Assembly (NCBI RefSeq): GCF_000002075.1 | Contig: NW_004797320.1 | Span: 1,104,412-1,164,966 of the forward strand | Direction of reading: 5' to 3' | DNA from: Aplysia californica | Taxonomy: Eukaryota | DNA: 60,555 bases | Shown here: piece after piece, positions 14,037 to 28,380 of the stretch | Numbering within the stretch: position 1 is the stretch's first letter | Layout of the letters: each line of letters starts with the position of its first letter | The notes under the pieces: generated by a model | Told to the model about the DNA's origin: nothing | The model's input: the letters and a program-made list of their open reading frames with translations, nothing else | The model's database searches: none | Program-made: the position numbers and the translations under genes

Positions 14037-17000
14037 GTTCGCNNNNNNNNNNNNNNNNNNNNNNNNNNNNNNNNNNNNNNNNNNNNNNNNNNNNNNNNNN
14101 NNNNNNNNNNNNNNNNNNNNNNNNNNNNNNNNNNNNNNNNNNCGAAATTTGAGTTGATATTTGTTAGTTATGCTGTGTTTTTTCCTCTCTTCTTCAGCGA
14201 GCGCACTGTATTCATCATGCCCCCAGAGCCTACGGGCCTGCCTGAAGGGATCAAATACAGGTATGTATGACTATATAAAACTCTGCATACCCCCGTTAAT
14301 TGTTTACACTTTGTGTGTTGTGACAAATCATCATAAATTTGTGTCACACATGTTGATTTCTGAATTTTCTGTGTCCCTGTGGAATTCTATCGCCATGAGT
14401 TTTGTGTTTTAGTCATCAATCTCTATCTAACATCTATGAAACTGGCTTCTTTACCTTTTCTTTCAGGCCAGATGTCTTCAGCTCTCGTAAATAAAGAACA
14501 TTTGTTATTTTGTGATTTTTCCTTTATTGCGTTGTCCAACCATATTATGTGGGTGGTTGGCGGATGCTCTGGTGTGATTTGCTTCTTTTTTCCTATGAAA
14601 CATCTATCATCCTTATCTCCCCTTCTTCTTTTTTATGTTTGTTACTCTCTTGTAACACCTCTAATCTTCTGGCGCTCATATGACCTTGTGCAGTTGCGAG
14701 CGCCGTAAAACCTCTACTAAAAAAACCCATATTATTATGCCTAGCTGCAGGGAGCAACTCATAGATCTTGCTTCTTTACTGTGCTTTGTGTTGTTATTTC
14801 TGTCAGTCTTTGTTTCTGGAGTACTGAATAACCATTATAGTACTGATGTGTATCTATTTTACTCAAACAAACTTATTTACTCAGTCTTTTATCTTCTTTG
14901 TGGATGGTTGGTGGGTACTGTGGTGTGGTTTGCTCCTTCTTTCCTATCAAACGTCTATTGTCCTTATCTCTTTTTGTGTTTGTTACTCTTTTGTAACACT
15001 TCTAATCTTCAGCACTTGTATGTCCTTATTATGTTGCAAGCTGCTAGTGCTATAAAGCTCATACTAAAACTAAAACTAAAAACATTTCTCTTCTGCTTTC
15101 CCATGTGGCTATTCATTTGCAATAAATTATAATTGTGTTGCCGTTTCAGCTACAATGGCTTCCCAGAGCTGAAGTCTGAGCTGTTCCTTCCGAAGAAGAC
15201 AGAGTCCCTGATTGTGCCAGCCAAACCCACGTGTCCCAATAGCCCTCTAGCTCGACGCACCAAGCAGGAGGTCAAGTCTGCTCAGAAGGTACTGGCAACA
15301 GATCCTATCTCCTTCATGGTTTATATCAGTGTTTTCTCCGATGTTGTGAACAGGTTTCTGGGAAATTTGTGGTCCGGAAAATTTTTATATGTATAGGTGC
15401 GAAGAGAACTGAATGTATTTTTGTAGGAAAAATGAGTACAGTGGAAGCTGCCTGAGATGGCCACCCATTGTAGAGGATAAAATTGGGACGTTTTACACAG
15501 TGTCATTATCATGTTAAAAAAAACAAGAGGGGGGGAATGGGAAGTGGTTGTGTTTACACGTGATTGTCTTATGCAGACGACTGTTAGAGCAAATTCAACT
15601 GTATTTGGTTGTCACTGATGGTTTCTGTCCTCTCAATTGCCTGCTCCTCTTTCTACCTAGCACTCTTTACCTTCTACATAAATATCTCGGAAAGCATTAA
15701 AAATCATGAACTAATTTGCTGTATCTTTATTTCAGGTAAGCTCTGTTATGATGACCTCCGGATTTTTATGTCAATTTTATCTTTCACAGATGGCCTTACA
15801 GCAGGCTGGAGATCCTGAGACTTGGTCCAAGTAAGCTCCTTTTTCCTCAGACATTTATTTTTAGGTGGAATAAAGATCATTTATTTTTTACGGGTGTTTT
15901 TTTTTTTTTTCCTCCTCTGTTTGCGCAGGTTCAACCCTGCTTTCAGTTTATATAGTGGCATACCATACCATACTGTACCGTGCCGTACCATACCATACCA
16001 TTCCATATTCCTTTCTTATGTTACACACTTCAATAGAAACAAGTACATTCTCATTAGGGTGTTTCCTATTAGTACATTTGGCTGTTATAAAACCATGAGC
16101 TTCAGCTACTTCTATCTAGATGTTCACCTGAAAAGCAACAAATCATGCTTGCTCTTAAGCAGTGATAGGCATGTTGACTTCAACTGTACCTTTTATGAAT
16201 CTGAGCCAGTTTGTTGGATAAGTGTTGGTACATATTTATGTGCAGTGTGTTTTATGAACACTTTGAAGCCATTTATAATTTTTTTGAAAATGTACAAATT
16301 TAGTTGGGGGGCATGGAACTTTGGAAAATGATCTCTGCGTTTTTCATTGTGCCACTATTCTATTTATTCTTTTCCTTTATTTCCTGCTTGGCAGGTGCCT
16401 GTTGAGTTATTGTTACAGTCTGTGGTTTGTGGTGTTCCCATCGTTTGTCCAGTCACATCCCAAGAAACTAGAGGCCCTGAAGGTTGGGTTTGCTGTCTTG
16501 AGGAAGATGCAGGAAGCGAAACTGCTGACTGTGGATGAGGTGAGTTGCAGGGAATCTTGCCGTGATATTTCTGGTCTTTGTTTGTCTCGCGAAGAGAAAC
16601 TTACCTTTGTTAACAGTTGTAAAGATTTCCTTTTGTACTGTCTTTGATTTATTTGTATTTCCGTTTTTATATTTGGATAGGGGACTGAAAAATTCAGCAC
16701 TAGGTGTATCCTGAAAATTTTGATATGTTGACTGCTTCGTGTAAGACTCTGCCACACGCCATTTTGAAAAGTGACGCATGGCAGAATCTTACCACAAGCT
16801 GTTGATAAGCAGTACAGTTGGAAGCGAAAGAGTCTCTCTGGTCTGTGGCAGCGAGATAGAAAAAAAAGTTCCATAAAAAATGTTCAGGCCTAATGGCATC
16901 TCTTGGTGTCGATGTTGTTTTATTTTTTTTCTTGCAAAGACAAACAATAGTAATGGATGTAGCATCTGTTGACAGTTATTTTAGTGCGAGCTTTTTTACA

Positions 17001-20000
17001 TTCTCCTCTCTTTTGATGATGAACTATTTGTCTGCTAATTTTTGTCTCAATTTTTTATTCTTTGCCCTGCACCACCTGTCTTTCTTTTCGCCTTGTTTAA
17101 AAGAGGTCTGAAGGGAGTTGACAATAAGTTGATTGTAATGTGTGTACATATGGCAAATGGAAATCTCATATAGATCATGTCTCCTCACAGCTGTGCTACC
17201 GGGTGCTCATGCAGCTGGCTGGTCAGTACAACAAGCCGGGCCTGGCAGTCCAGGTGTTCTCTCAGATGAAGAAACATGGTGTCCACCCCAATGCCATCAC
17301 CTATGGCTACTACAACAAGGTAACCTAACCTGTGGTTAAATGAAGGCCTGTGGATGGTTGGCGGGTGCTCTGGTGTGATTTTCTCTTTCTTTCCTATCAA
17401 ACATTTATCGTCCTTATATCTCTTCCTTTTTTGTGTTTGTTACTCACTTGTAACACCTCTAATCATTGGCATTTATAATGCCTAATTGTGTTGTAAAGGC
17501 CATAAAATGCTTACTATATTTATTAAACAAACGTAGGCTTGAATTGTCATTTTGTATTAATAGTGTCAAAAATGGAATATTTACGTTATATTTCATGCTC
17601 AAGGACAATATGTGTGGTTGAAATAGTTAACACTAACATATTTGAAGTAAAAAAAATGAAATAAAAAGAGAGCAAATTAATTTGTGTTTTGTAAAGATCT
17701 GTCAAGAGGGTGAAAAAAATAGAGAGTAGTGAAGTCTTATGGTTAATTTAAGAGCTAACAGGAGAAAGCATGTGAAAGTTATGGGTTTCTTCTTGTATTG
17801 TAATGAGACTGGTGTGTGTTTCCACAATTATTATTTAAAAAATTGAAGTATGCATAGTCTTGTTCTGTCAGTGTATGGTTGTCAAAAATGTTGTGTTAAA
17901 TTTGACTACGTTATCTTTCCATTGTCATCCATCAGGTTATGTTGGAAGCAAAGTGGCCATCCCCACAGTCCAAAGCACGCCTACGCTGGCTCAAGATTCG
18001 CAACGTCATTATTGGAGTGGCCCAGTTTCGCCGAGCTGTGCGGCGACGCAGCTTGTCTATTTACTCCAATTCAGGCAGTGAATTTGACCGCATAAGTCAT
18101 GCCAGTGCAGACAGTTACCTTGGGGAGACCTCCCAAGCTCCAGTCAAGGCTGGCAGTGAGGGTGTCGTGGCCACAGGAGATGAGGGTTCGAGCCCTGTCG
18201 TGCGGGACCCTACCACAGCTGGGGACCTCACGAGTAAGAACAGTGGAAGTCTGGAAGAAAGAATGAGCACAGGTACAATGGCCAACTGAGTAAGGGATTT
18301 CAGAGCCTCAGTAGTTGTTGAAAGAAGAAAAATAATATACTGGTTGTTGGAGGGCTTCGCTGGCAGGTTTGACTTTTTTTCAGTCCCTCCGTTGTTTGTG
18401 TCAGCGGGTCTGGCTTGCCTTTTTTATGCACTAAATGACTGTCATTGGATTGATGTGCTTCTCTTATCCTCAAGTCAAAGAAAAAGAAATGAAAGGAAAT
18501 ACAATTTTACTTTAACTTGTGTCAAAATTTGTTTTTCAGTGATTTGATCGAATGCATGCTAAAAATAATAATTACACAAAACTGCATTGTAGCACCTAAC
18601 ATTTAAGCTAGGGTTCATAAAGCTTGTTCGAGGATTCTTCCCCGGGACAGCTTTATGATATTGCACTGACTGCTTGATATTCTTCATGAACTTGTATTTT
18701 TGAACCACTCTACCACTGGATCCCTGGTAGGGCTGGATAGTATAGATGAACTATATTTTTAGAAGATGCTTGTGTTAATCATGGATGATAATAATTGCAT
18801 GACTTGAAGGAATAGAAATGAATATGTTAATGCTTCTCTGAGTTATGTAAACAATAAAAAGCTTAATATTTGCTGAAAAATATGAGAAGGTTTATTACAG
18901 GATAAAATAGAGAGAATGGCAGGTGAACATGCTTATAGTTTTCCAATTTTCCCCACAATGTCTCCAGGTGGTGTGTCAGACCGTGGCTACAACTCCATGA
19001 CACAGGAGGACGTGAAGCGCCTGTCACAGATGGTCATCTCGGCAGATGACACTGGGAGTGCCAGCTCTCCGGCAACCAGCGATGCCTCGGACACCACAAC
19101 AGGCAAGGGCAAAGGAGAGGGCTGGGGGCCTCTCAGTTTCTTTGGCAACCTCACTCACGGCAAAGAGAGGAGAGCCTCAGAAAGAGTTAAGAAAGGTGAG
19201 AATCAGTTTTCTTTAAACTGTCTTGTTTTTTATTTTGTTGTTTTTGCTGTTGTTATGGATTCAGCATCTCTTGGGTTTTACCTTTCAAGCTAGTTCTTGT
19301 ACCATTAAATGAATATTCATTTGATGCTACCAAAGAGTGGTTCTACATAATTAAACATTTCATCTTGTCCAGACAAGAAAATTTATTTTAATTATGAAAT
19401 CCAAAGTCAAATGCTTCTAAACTTTAATTGTCACAAACATGAAATGAAATCCTTTGCCATTGAAATTATCACAAAAGTTGCCCAATTCTTTGTATTAGCT
19501 TTTTAAAGTTCTTATTTGAATGTTACTGTTGCACATGTTGGAAGTGTTACTCAAAGAGTGCCTCTTGTTTCTCCTGTTGTTGATGTTCTCTTCATTGTTT
19601 TATTTGTTTCCCCCTTTTTTTACCTTCTCTCTCTTTGCTGATGGGGTGTTCAGAGGTGCACATTGTGGAAGATGAGAAACACACTCACATTTCCAACCGG
19701 CCTCGAGTTGGCAGCATTGTGAAGAGATCCCGTAACAGGAGCAGCTCTGACGCTGATGAGTTTGAATTACAGAAAGGAGCAGTGTGTAAGTGATTTTCTT
19801 TTCTCTCCACCAGTCTGATCTATTATTTTCACTGCATCACATCATAAGCTGAGCAGATCGTTATCTGCCTTATTTATATGCTGGTACCAGAATTTTGATC
19901 AATATTATATATCTGCTTATTCGACTCTTACCAGGGGTCAGTTACGAAGGAATTTTTTTTTAAAGTTGATCAGAAATCCCAATATTAAAAGGATTTCATT

Positions 20001-23000
20001 TTTATGTTTCAGCCAGTATTTGCGATGAACCAAGATGGGGGCCACCCTAGTCTTGTGATATTGCTCAATCCTAGATGTCATTGTACTAAATGACTGTGTA
20101 TTAATACATGTATATTATGGATTTGGAAGCAACTGAGTGTTGCAGCAAACTATGGTTGCAGGTCAAGTTATCCTTTTTGACACAAAAAGCTTTAATAAAT
20201 TAAAATCCCTTTTATAAAATACAACAGAGTTAGTGAGTAATTGAAATATGTTCAAAGTTGCAAAGTTTTGTGTTTCTCTCAATTTTGGTTAAGAATGTTT
20301 AAATTTGGTATTTTTCAAACAAGTTGGTTGATTTTCTTCAGACTGACAAATGTGACGTCATCCTGGTTTAATTCTATTTGTTGGGAGTTTTGTCGAAATT
20401 GGATCGAAGATGACCAAATTATTGCCCTTTTAGGTCCTTTAAAAAAAAAAAAGGCATCAAGTACTATCCTTTTGTCATTTCACCACAAAATGGCCGCAGG
20501 TTTCTTGATATGTTTATTTTTTTTGTTTCTGTGCAGTGAGTAACTCGTGTGGACTGGTGATGGTGAGTCAAGTATGTGTGGAGCACCGCACATTCTCACC
20601 TGACACAGACGTTCGGCTACAGGTGGCGGAGGCTAAGCGGCGACGGCATCGCAGTGCGGGAGAAAACCACTCAAAACCATCTCGCTCCATGAGCCTGTTC
20701 GCCAGCTGGCGTCCTCCAAGAAACAACGGGCATGCAGATGATGGGTCAGTCAGTCGGACACAGCGATCTAAACTTAGGTACTCAGATCTTATGAAGACCG
20801 AAGAAGATGATAATTCGATCATTGGCAGCCCACTTTCCTCCGAACAATGTGTCGGGGCAGACAGTGTTGATGGTGTCCCCTCTAACTTTCCTGCCAGTAT
20901 TAGCAGTGTGGAACCTGTGACCAATTGTGTACTCAGTGACCTCGATACTGGTTCAACATCACTTCAAGAGACGGAGCAAAGCTCACAGACTGTTGTAGTC
21001 AAAACTTCTAGTCATACTGTGCCAAATTCTTGTGAAGAAGAAGACTCCAACAATAAACTTTTTCTGGACAGTGATCCTCTCTCTGGGGAGTCCACAACAG
21101 ACCATTTGTGCGGTGCCAATGCAGAACATTCATCTGATTCAGTGGGCAACCCTGAGTCTGACTCTAGTCATAATGTACCCACAGAACAGCGGTCGAACAA
21201 CTCGTCTGTACCTTCCACGCCTGCTGCCGCCTCAAGTCTTCCAATATCAGAAGAAGAGCTTGAAAAACCAACGGAAAGCCAGACTGTGTCTGGACAGTCT
21301 GCAGATTTAGCTGTTGACAACAACCCTTCAACGCCATTATTGCGTCATTCCAGGGAGAACAGTACTAGCGATACCACCAGCCGCCGAGAAATGAGGCGTT
21401 CTGTGTCTATTTCAGAAGACCGTCTGAGTGGTCAGTTCAATGAAGTTGTGCCCATGAAACAGTCCCTGAGCGAGACGGGCAGAACCCTGAGCTCTCCAGG
21501 ATGTGACCTACCAGTCGAGCCGCGCACGCCTCAGAAAGCTCCCGCTGAGGACACGCAGTCTGTGTCCTCTCTCACTGACTCAAAACGGGAACGTTCCTCC
21601 GATTTTATGCTGAAAAGAACTCCGAGCTTGAAGAAGACAAATGAAGCAATAGGAAGCTTTCTCAAATTTGCCTCCCGGGCTGCGTACAACAAACTCAGTG
21701 AGCTGAAGCAGACAATATCTTCTCCAATGAGGAATGGTTCTTTGGGCTCCCTGGGCTCGCTCACGCAGTCTATTGAAGAGCTGGACTGTAACGACGGCAG
21801 CAGCACCAGTGGCACCATCCGCGACCGGCCGCGCCATGCAGGCAGCCAGGACTTGTTGAGTCACAGTGAAGAGAGTGAGGCAGAGGACACTGACAAACGA
21901 CTCTCTGGCCTGTCTTTTGGTAGGCTTTACTTTTCTGCACCCCTTATCCTAGGCTGACTCTGTTGTAGTGCTAGAGTTAAATGAGCATCTTAAATCAATA
22001 AAGCTGCATAGTAGGTGCTTGTAGTGTTAGATTGTTCTTGTGCTGTATCCAGCAAGTTCTGGTCATCTTTGATTGGTGTTGATAGTTAAAAACCTTTCAT
22101 TGTTTTATTACAATATAGCTTTTATTCTACTGAACCTAAGTATGTTACATTTCCATTTCCTTTCTATCTATTGTTGACTTGTTGTCAAATTAGTTTTCCA
22201 AGATACAAATTTATGTTTTCGAGCATTCTTCTCATCTCTTGAAAATTTTCTGAGCTTTCCCACAATGTCATCCCCTAGGACTGATATCCTTCAGCGCAGT
22301 AAGACATTTTGTTTTAAAACTTTCGTTTTCATAAAAAAGGAGAGGAAAAGTGTCCATATAGAAGACAACTTTAAAAGAAAAGAATCTTATGTCTTCTGGT
22401 CTGACTCTTTTATGCAAGTTTTTTTCCAGTCTGTATGCATGTTCTTCTTGCTTTTCCTTGTCAAGACTGTTGTAGCATCTCATACCACTTTTGTTTACCT
22501 CCATGGGTTTTATTGGCATGTACCATGCTTACATAAAATAATTTTAAAGTCACAACAATGTCGCGTGGCATACTGAATCAACCCACGCATACAATTTTCA
22601 AACATGTTCTTTGTTTGTTTGGGTTATAAATGTCTTGCTCAAAGACACTCCTAAGTGCCCACCCATCTCTGACATTGCTTGACATTGTTCCAAACTTGAG
22701 CTCGCCAACTTCTTGATCAGCATGGCCCTTCAATAAGTTGTAGGCAACAATGGTAATATCAAGGAAATGTATAAAGCATCAGGAAAATTCTCGTTTCTTT
22801 TTTCCCTGTCTGTGCTTGTGCTTATTCCTTTGAACAGCAGCTAAAAAATAGTAATGATGCCGGCTTGTGAAAATTTCATAACTGTTGCGTGTGGACTAAG
22901 CAGACCTTGTCTGTGTGCTGGATCTCAAACTGCTTTGTAGTGTAGTGTACATAATATACTCATTCATACTGACCATTTGATTCAGTTCTCTTAATCTTAG

Positions 23001-25499
23001 GGTAGGTTGTGCTAAACAGTACTTAACAAGTTGTTATCTCAAATGTGTTGAAGACCAGTGCTGTATATTGCATATGACTTTGCATGTTTTTTTTGTTGTC
23101 CCCTGTTTCCCCTCCCCCCATGGGAGTACCGAATCACTTGGAATAGGGGGATTTACATGAAGAAATCAAAGTTGGCAGAACCAAGTACCCCTATATAGTT
23201 ATTTTGTTATTTTCTGCTGACTTGGGTTGTTTTTTTTTCCTCTTTTCTTACCGGAGTAAGGAAGCTCAGGGGGAAATAGTGAGACTTCAGTGCAAAAAAT
23301 CAAAGTTGCCAAAACCAAGAGCCTGCCCTGTATTGCTATTTTGTTTTTATTCCCATTGGCAGAGAGCGCCCCTTCTCCCTCATATTTGGATGGATACAGT
23401 GGTCAAAGAGAAGGATTTACTGGGTCCTTTCCCCACATCGGGGAGCAGTTGGGCCAAGAACTGCTGAAAGTGGCCATGGAGGTTGAGATGAGCTCGTGTT
23501 CCCGATGCACCAAGTGCAACCGTCTCATCTACGACGAGGAGATTATGGCCGGCTGGTCTGCGGAGGACTCCAACCTCAACACCAGGTCAGAGAGTGCAAC
23601 ATCTGTAAACTTGCTTCAGACTATCAAGAAAAGCTGTTTTGTCTTTATACTTTCCTGTTAGATTTTCAGAAAATAAGATTGTTGTTTAAGATGTAACTTC
23701 TGTTTTCTGTCTTCAATAATTTTATTAAATTTGAAAGCTCTTTGTGCACTATACCATTGTTTCTGGGTTTCTACATGTAACCGGAAGCAGTATTTTCAGT
23801 GATTGTATTGAATTATTGATATCAGGATATTACTAAAGTAGTTTTCATCCCAAATATGGTCAACAAAAAACTGACTGATATACTTGATTTTGCCATTTTT
23901 GCTGTCTCATTTGTGATGTAGTTCATATTCACTGAAGTCATATAAAAAAAACCCCAAGATCACTGCAAATTAAACTTTGTGACTCTCCTCTCCCCACAGT
24001 TGTCCATATTGCCACAACAAGTTTGTACCGCACCTGCAAATTTACATCAAGGTAATGTTTTGATAGATTTCTTTCTTATTTTTACCTTTGGTACCCTTGA
24101 TTTTATAATCCTTTTACGTAGTCTCCTTTTCGAAACATTTAAAAACTTTTCATTGCTGTACCTGTTCATCTACATTTCCTTCTCCTGTGAATAGCATTGA
24201 TGCAATGTACTATCTCATAAAAGGCCATGAAGGGGACTATTTCCATTATGGCTCACTCGATCTGAGATATGCTTTGCTTTTACATAGAGTGACAGAAGAT
24301 AAAAGCTTGTCGCTTTGTGTATGGATAGGAAGTTCATGCATTGGACTCTGTTCATCTATGCTGTGCTGACATAGATCCAATACACAGTGGATAATTATTA
24401 ACTTGAATAAATATCAAAGGATATTATTAGTCTAAAAAGAGCCGTTAATCCTCAGGACAGGCTTTTAAAAACTTTTCTCTCAAATTGTTGGAAGAAAGTG
24501 TGAATTTAAAAAAATATAAAATTAGTTAAATACATTACCCTTATCACTTATTTATATTAAGGACCATGATGTAGGCCTTATTTGCATTTTCAATATCTAA
24601 AACATGTCAGACTGTAGTAAATCAAGCTTGTGTATCTCCTCTGATAGGATTGGCGGGGTGACAAGAAGAGTGTGGTGTTCAGTGGAGACATGGGAACGAC
24701 ACCACAGGAGAAACTTTTGGCTTCTTCGGGTCCGATGGATGCCAGCCAGAGCTCCAAGGTCGACTTCCAGGTGAGAATTTTGTTTAGTGCAGGATTACAG
24801 TGGACTGTTATGTCCTTTTTGAAAAGGAAAGAAAAGAATAAACTTAGATACATGTGGATGAACCCAATACAACACTCGTCACGTACAGCCATCACGTGGA
24901 TATTCTGTCCTGGGCACTCTGGAGTGAAAGGCAATGAGGAGGCTGATAGGCTGGCAGGCAGTGCCGTGGCTGATGGTGAGGTGAAATTTGACAAAGGAGA
25001 AGTGCTGAAGACCCTGGAGAAAAAGTTGCGGGATGAAGAAGACAAGGAGACAGCAGAACACCACGCAATCATTAGGATGCGGGAAATGGGGATAGGGACG
25101 GGAGAGGGAAGAAAGGGACGATTATCTGGAAAGGAAAGACGTCGCCATAATCAGACAGCCACCGGAACAATCAGTATGGATACCTTGCGGGCTTTGGTGC
25201 TGGGGGGTACTGAGCACTTATGGACCTGTCCGGTGTGCAATGACATTGTTGCCCAGGACAGGTAATACAGGTAAAGGTCTTTTGCACAAAAATAAGCTCA
25301 GCTCAATTTAATATTAGAATCTGGAGCAAGAGATATAGATAAATGTACTTTCTGTCTGTCTCTTTCTCCCCCCTCTCCTGCTCTTTCTGTGTCTGTGTGT
25401 GCGTGCGTGTGCGTGTGTGTGCGTGCGCGCGCGCGCACGCGCATCTCTCTTGAGGGTGTTTCAAGATGTTAGGCTCTCCTAACTCTCTCTTTCTCTCTT

Positions 25500-25530
<31 letters not shown>

Positions 25531-25531
25531 T

Positions 25532-25574
<43 letters not shown>

Positions 25575-28320
25575 CAAATGCTTTCTCCTCTGTTATCCCC
25601 CCCTCCCTCTTGTCCCTCTTTCTTCACCTTTTTTCTTCACATCCCCACAACCTGTGTTCCTGCCCACAGATCGGAGACGATGGTTCTCCCGTCGCTGAGC
25701 CAGAGCACAGTTCCCTGGAAAAAGGTGAGATGCCTCTGAGCCTGGAGGAGGCTGCTGGAACGATGCGGCGCCGCTGCACCAGTGAGTGTCTGACTCAGGC
25801 CATTGACAACATCTCGCTGGGCTCGGCCATCGACAGCCCCACGCGCCACGCCCCATTGCGCTCTCCGCTTTCCTTGTCGACAGAAGAGGAGGAGTTTGAG
25901 TCTGAGCATGGATGCAAAAGCAACCCTTACGAGTCGCGATGTGTGACCAAAGAGTTTATGTCCAGGTGAGAAAATGTTGATCCGAAATTGGTTGGTTATT
26001 AGGTTCCCGACCATTTCATACTGCAATGGATGCTGGATCTTTATCATAGAGCTATCTATTCCCATCATAGAAAATGTAATTACTTTCAAATATATTGTGG
26101 GGGCCCTTTTCTCACCTGTTGTTTGACCTTGTCCTATGGTTGTTTGAGTGTTATTTGCTTGTTGTGATTGTGTGTGGTTCCTGAGATTTACTTGGTCATT
26201 TTCAGAGCTCTGAAAGTCTCTGATGAGCGAACACGGAATATTAGTCTTTTGTGCTGTGTGTCCATATTTCACTGTGGAATATACTCTGTCTCATTAACTA
26301 CATAACCTTCTAAAATAGAATCTATTCATTTTGCATGACTGCCCCTTCTGGTCTGAATTTGTTCTCCTTGGAAATGTTCTTTTAATAGGGAACCAGGTAG
26401 AAAATTTAACCTTTACTTGTTACCCACTCATTGTTCCTCTGAAAATGCTTTGCACGTGATTGCTTTCTTGTGTTTCTTATATCATTGTAATTTAAATAGA
26501 TGAATCTGTGTTGAGGGTGTAGCAGTTGACTCTTAAGTACCCTTAGCCATCTGTGAGCTGTAAAGAAAAACTGATATTTTTGTAGCTAAAAGGGTTCAGG
26601 TGAAAACAAAACTTCTCATACAGATCTATGCTCAATTAGAAATTTTGAACAACAAAGCTGTCCAAAAGGCTTTTCATAAATTGAACACCCTTGTAATTGA
26701 ATAAAGATTCGCTGAGAATTTGAAGAAACTTTGAACAACATAGCTGTCCACCAGGCTTTTGTATTAATTAATCCCCCCCCCCCCCCTCCCACTCCCACCC
26801 CCTTTGGAAATTGAGCTGCAATTTGCTAAGAATTTGAATAAGATTTTTTTAAAGGAATGTAGCTGTTACTCATTTTGACTTGCAGGTTTGACGTAAATCT
26901 TACCCAGAAAAAGTCTGTGTGAGAAGTTGTGAAAGTTTTGAGCACTCACTACTTACAAGTGCACAATGTTGCCGTACCACGTGTGTGTCATCCAGCGTGT
27001 TGTGTTTCTGTGCCTCTTGCAGGTCAGCCTCCTCGCGGGAGCCCCAGGTGGTGGCCTATTTGAGTCCTCTGGTGCTGCGTAAGGAGGTGGAGTACGTCCT
27101 GGACCACGAGGGGAACCTCTGTCTGGCTCAGGACGCCTTTGTGGAGGAACACCCCATCATCTTCTGGAACCTGGTGGGTGTTGCTTTGATCTGGGGGTTG
27201 TGTGGTGGTTTTTTTTTTGGGGGGGGGGGGGGTGTTGTAAGTGTTTTACAGTGCTTGCAACTGCATAAGGTCATCTCATATGAGCGCGTGGGACACACCA
27301 ATACCTTTAAGGTCCATTTTAAAATACATTTTTGAGTGGATTTTAGTGAAAAATGTTGATTTATGGCAAGAAAATGTAAATTTACAGTTTCTTAGCACTC
27401 TCAAGCTCTGGTGGTGGCCAAACTTTGGCGGCCATTTTCTCGCTAATTTTACTTCTGAAACCAAGCGACCCCTATCTCCTTAAATCGGAAATATCCTGAC
27501 TGCTATTCATGACAGATGAGTTTTTTTCACCGAAAGCAAAACAAATGACAAAGCCTTAAAATGATACCAATAACTCTATGTGTACAAAAATTGATGAGCG
27601 CCTGATTCCAGCGCATCTTGACATATGTTATTAAGTAAAATTGCCTATTTGATGTTTTCACAACAAATGACTTCTTATGCAGTTGCGAGCGCCGTAAAAC
27701 CCTGTACTAAACAAACAAATGACTTGTTGTATTTCAGGTGTGGTTTTTCCGACGAATCGAGGTGCCAACACACTTGACTGGCTTCCTACTAACCTCACAA
27801 GCTTTCAGTTGCAACAAGTTAGAGGTATGTAGAAAAGGTTGCCGCTTTTAGTGTTGAGTTTAATTTGTTTGAATTTAGAAACATCCAGTCTGAAAAGAAA
27901 GCATTATCTGAATGAAAATTTCAACATAATGTGCTGGGATCCCAAAACGGCCAAACTGCATGTGTGCTACTGGCCTGACTGATAATCACGTCTAATACTG
28001 AAAAAAAAAAGGGGGGGGGGGGGGGCTTATTGAAATCAAGAGCCCTTGACATCTGCTTTGTTTTCTTCTTCCTTTCATTGCTTTATTCATCAGAATATGT
28101 CATGAAAATACATCAATCTGAAGATACTGTTAACCTTTTCACTCTGGATTTTTTAATATATTTTATTCAAGTTTTCTTTTAGGCAGATATGAGAACAATA
28201 AGATAAACTTAGCAGTATGCTTTCATCAGCGTTTGAAACTCAAAGTATGTAAATGTGTTGCATTACACCAGTCCATATGCATGCACTCATGAACCCTCAT
28301 ACACACACCATTTGAAGGTT

Positions 28321-28380
<60 letters not shown>

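Noticed and set aside
13895-14157. Poly-Met / poly-Asp ORFs
   Set aside because: Translations of a (GAT)n microsatellite plus an N gap
17191-17319. PPR motif as a novel or horizontally acquired feature
   Set aside because: PPR-like repeats are an established part of DENND4 proteins
20536-21957. Stand-alone 473-aa gene
   Set aside because: No ATG at its start; bounded by splice sites in phase with neighbouring DENND4 exons
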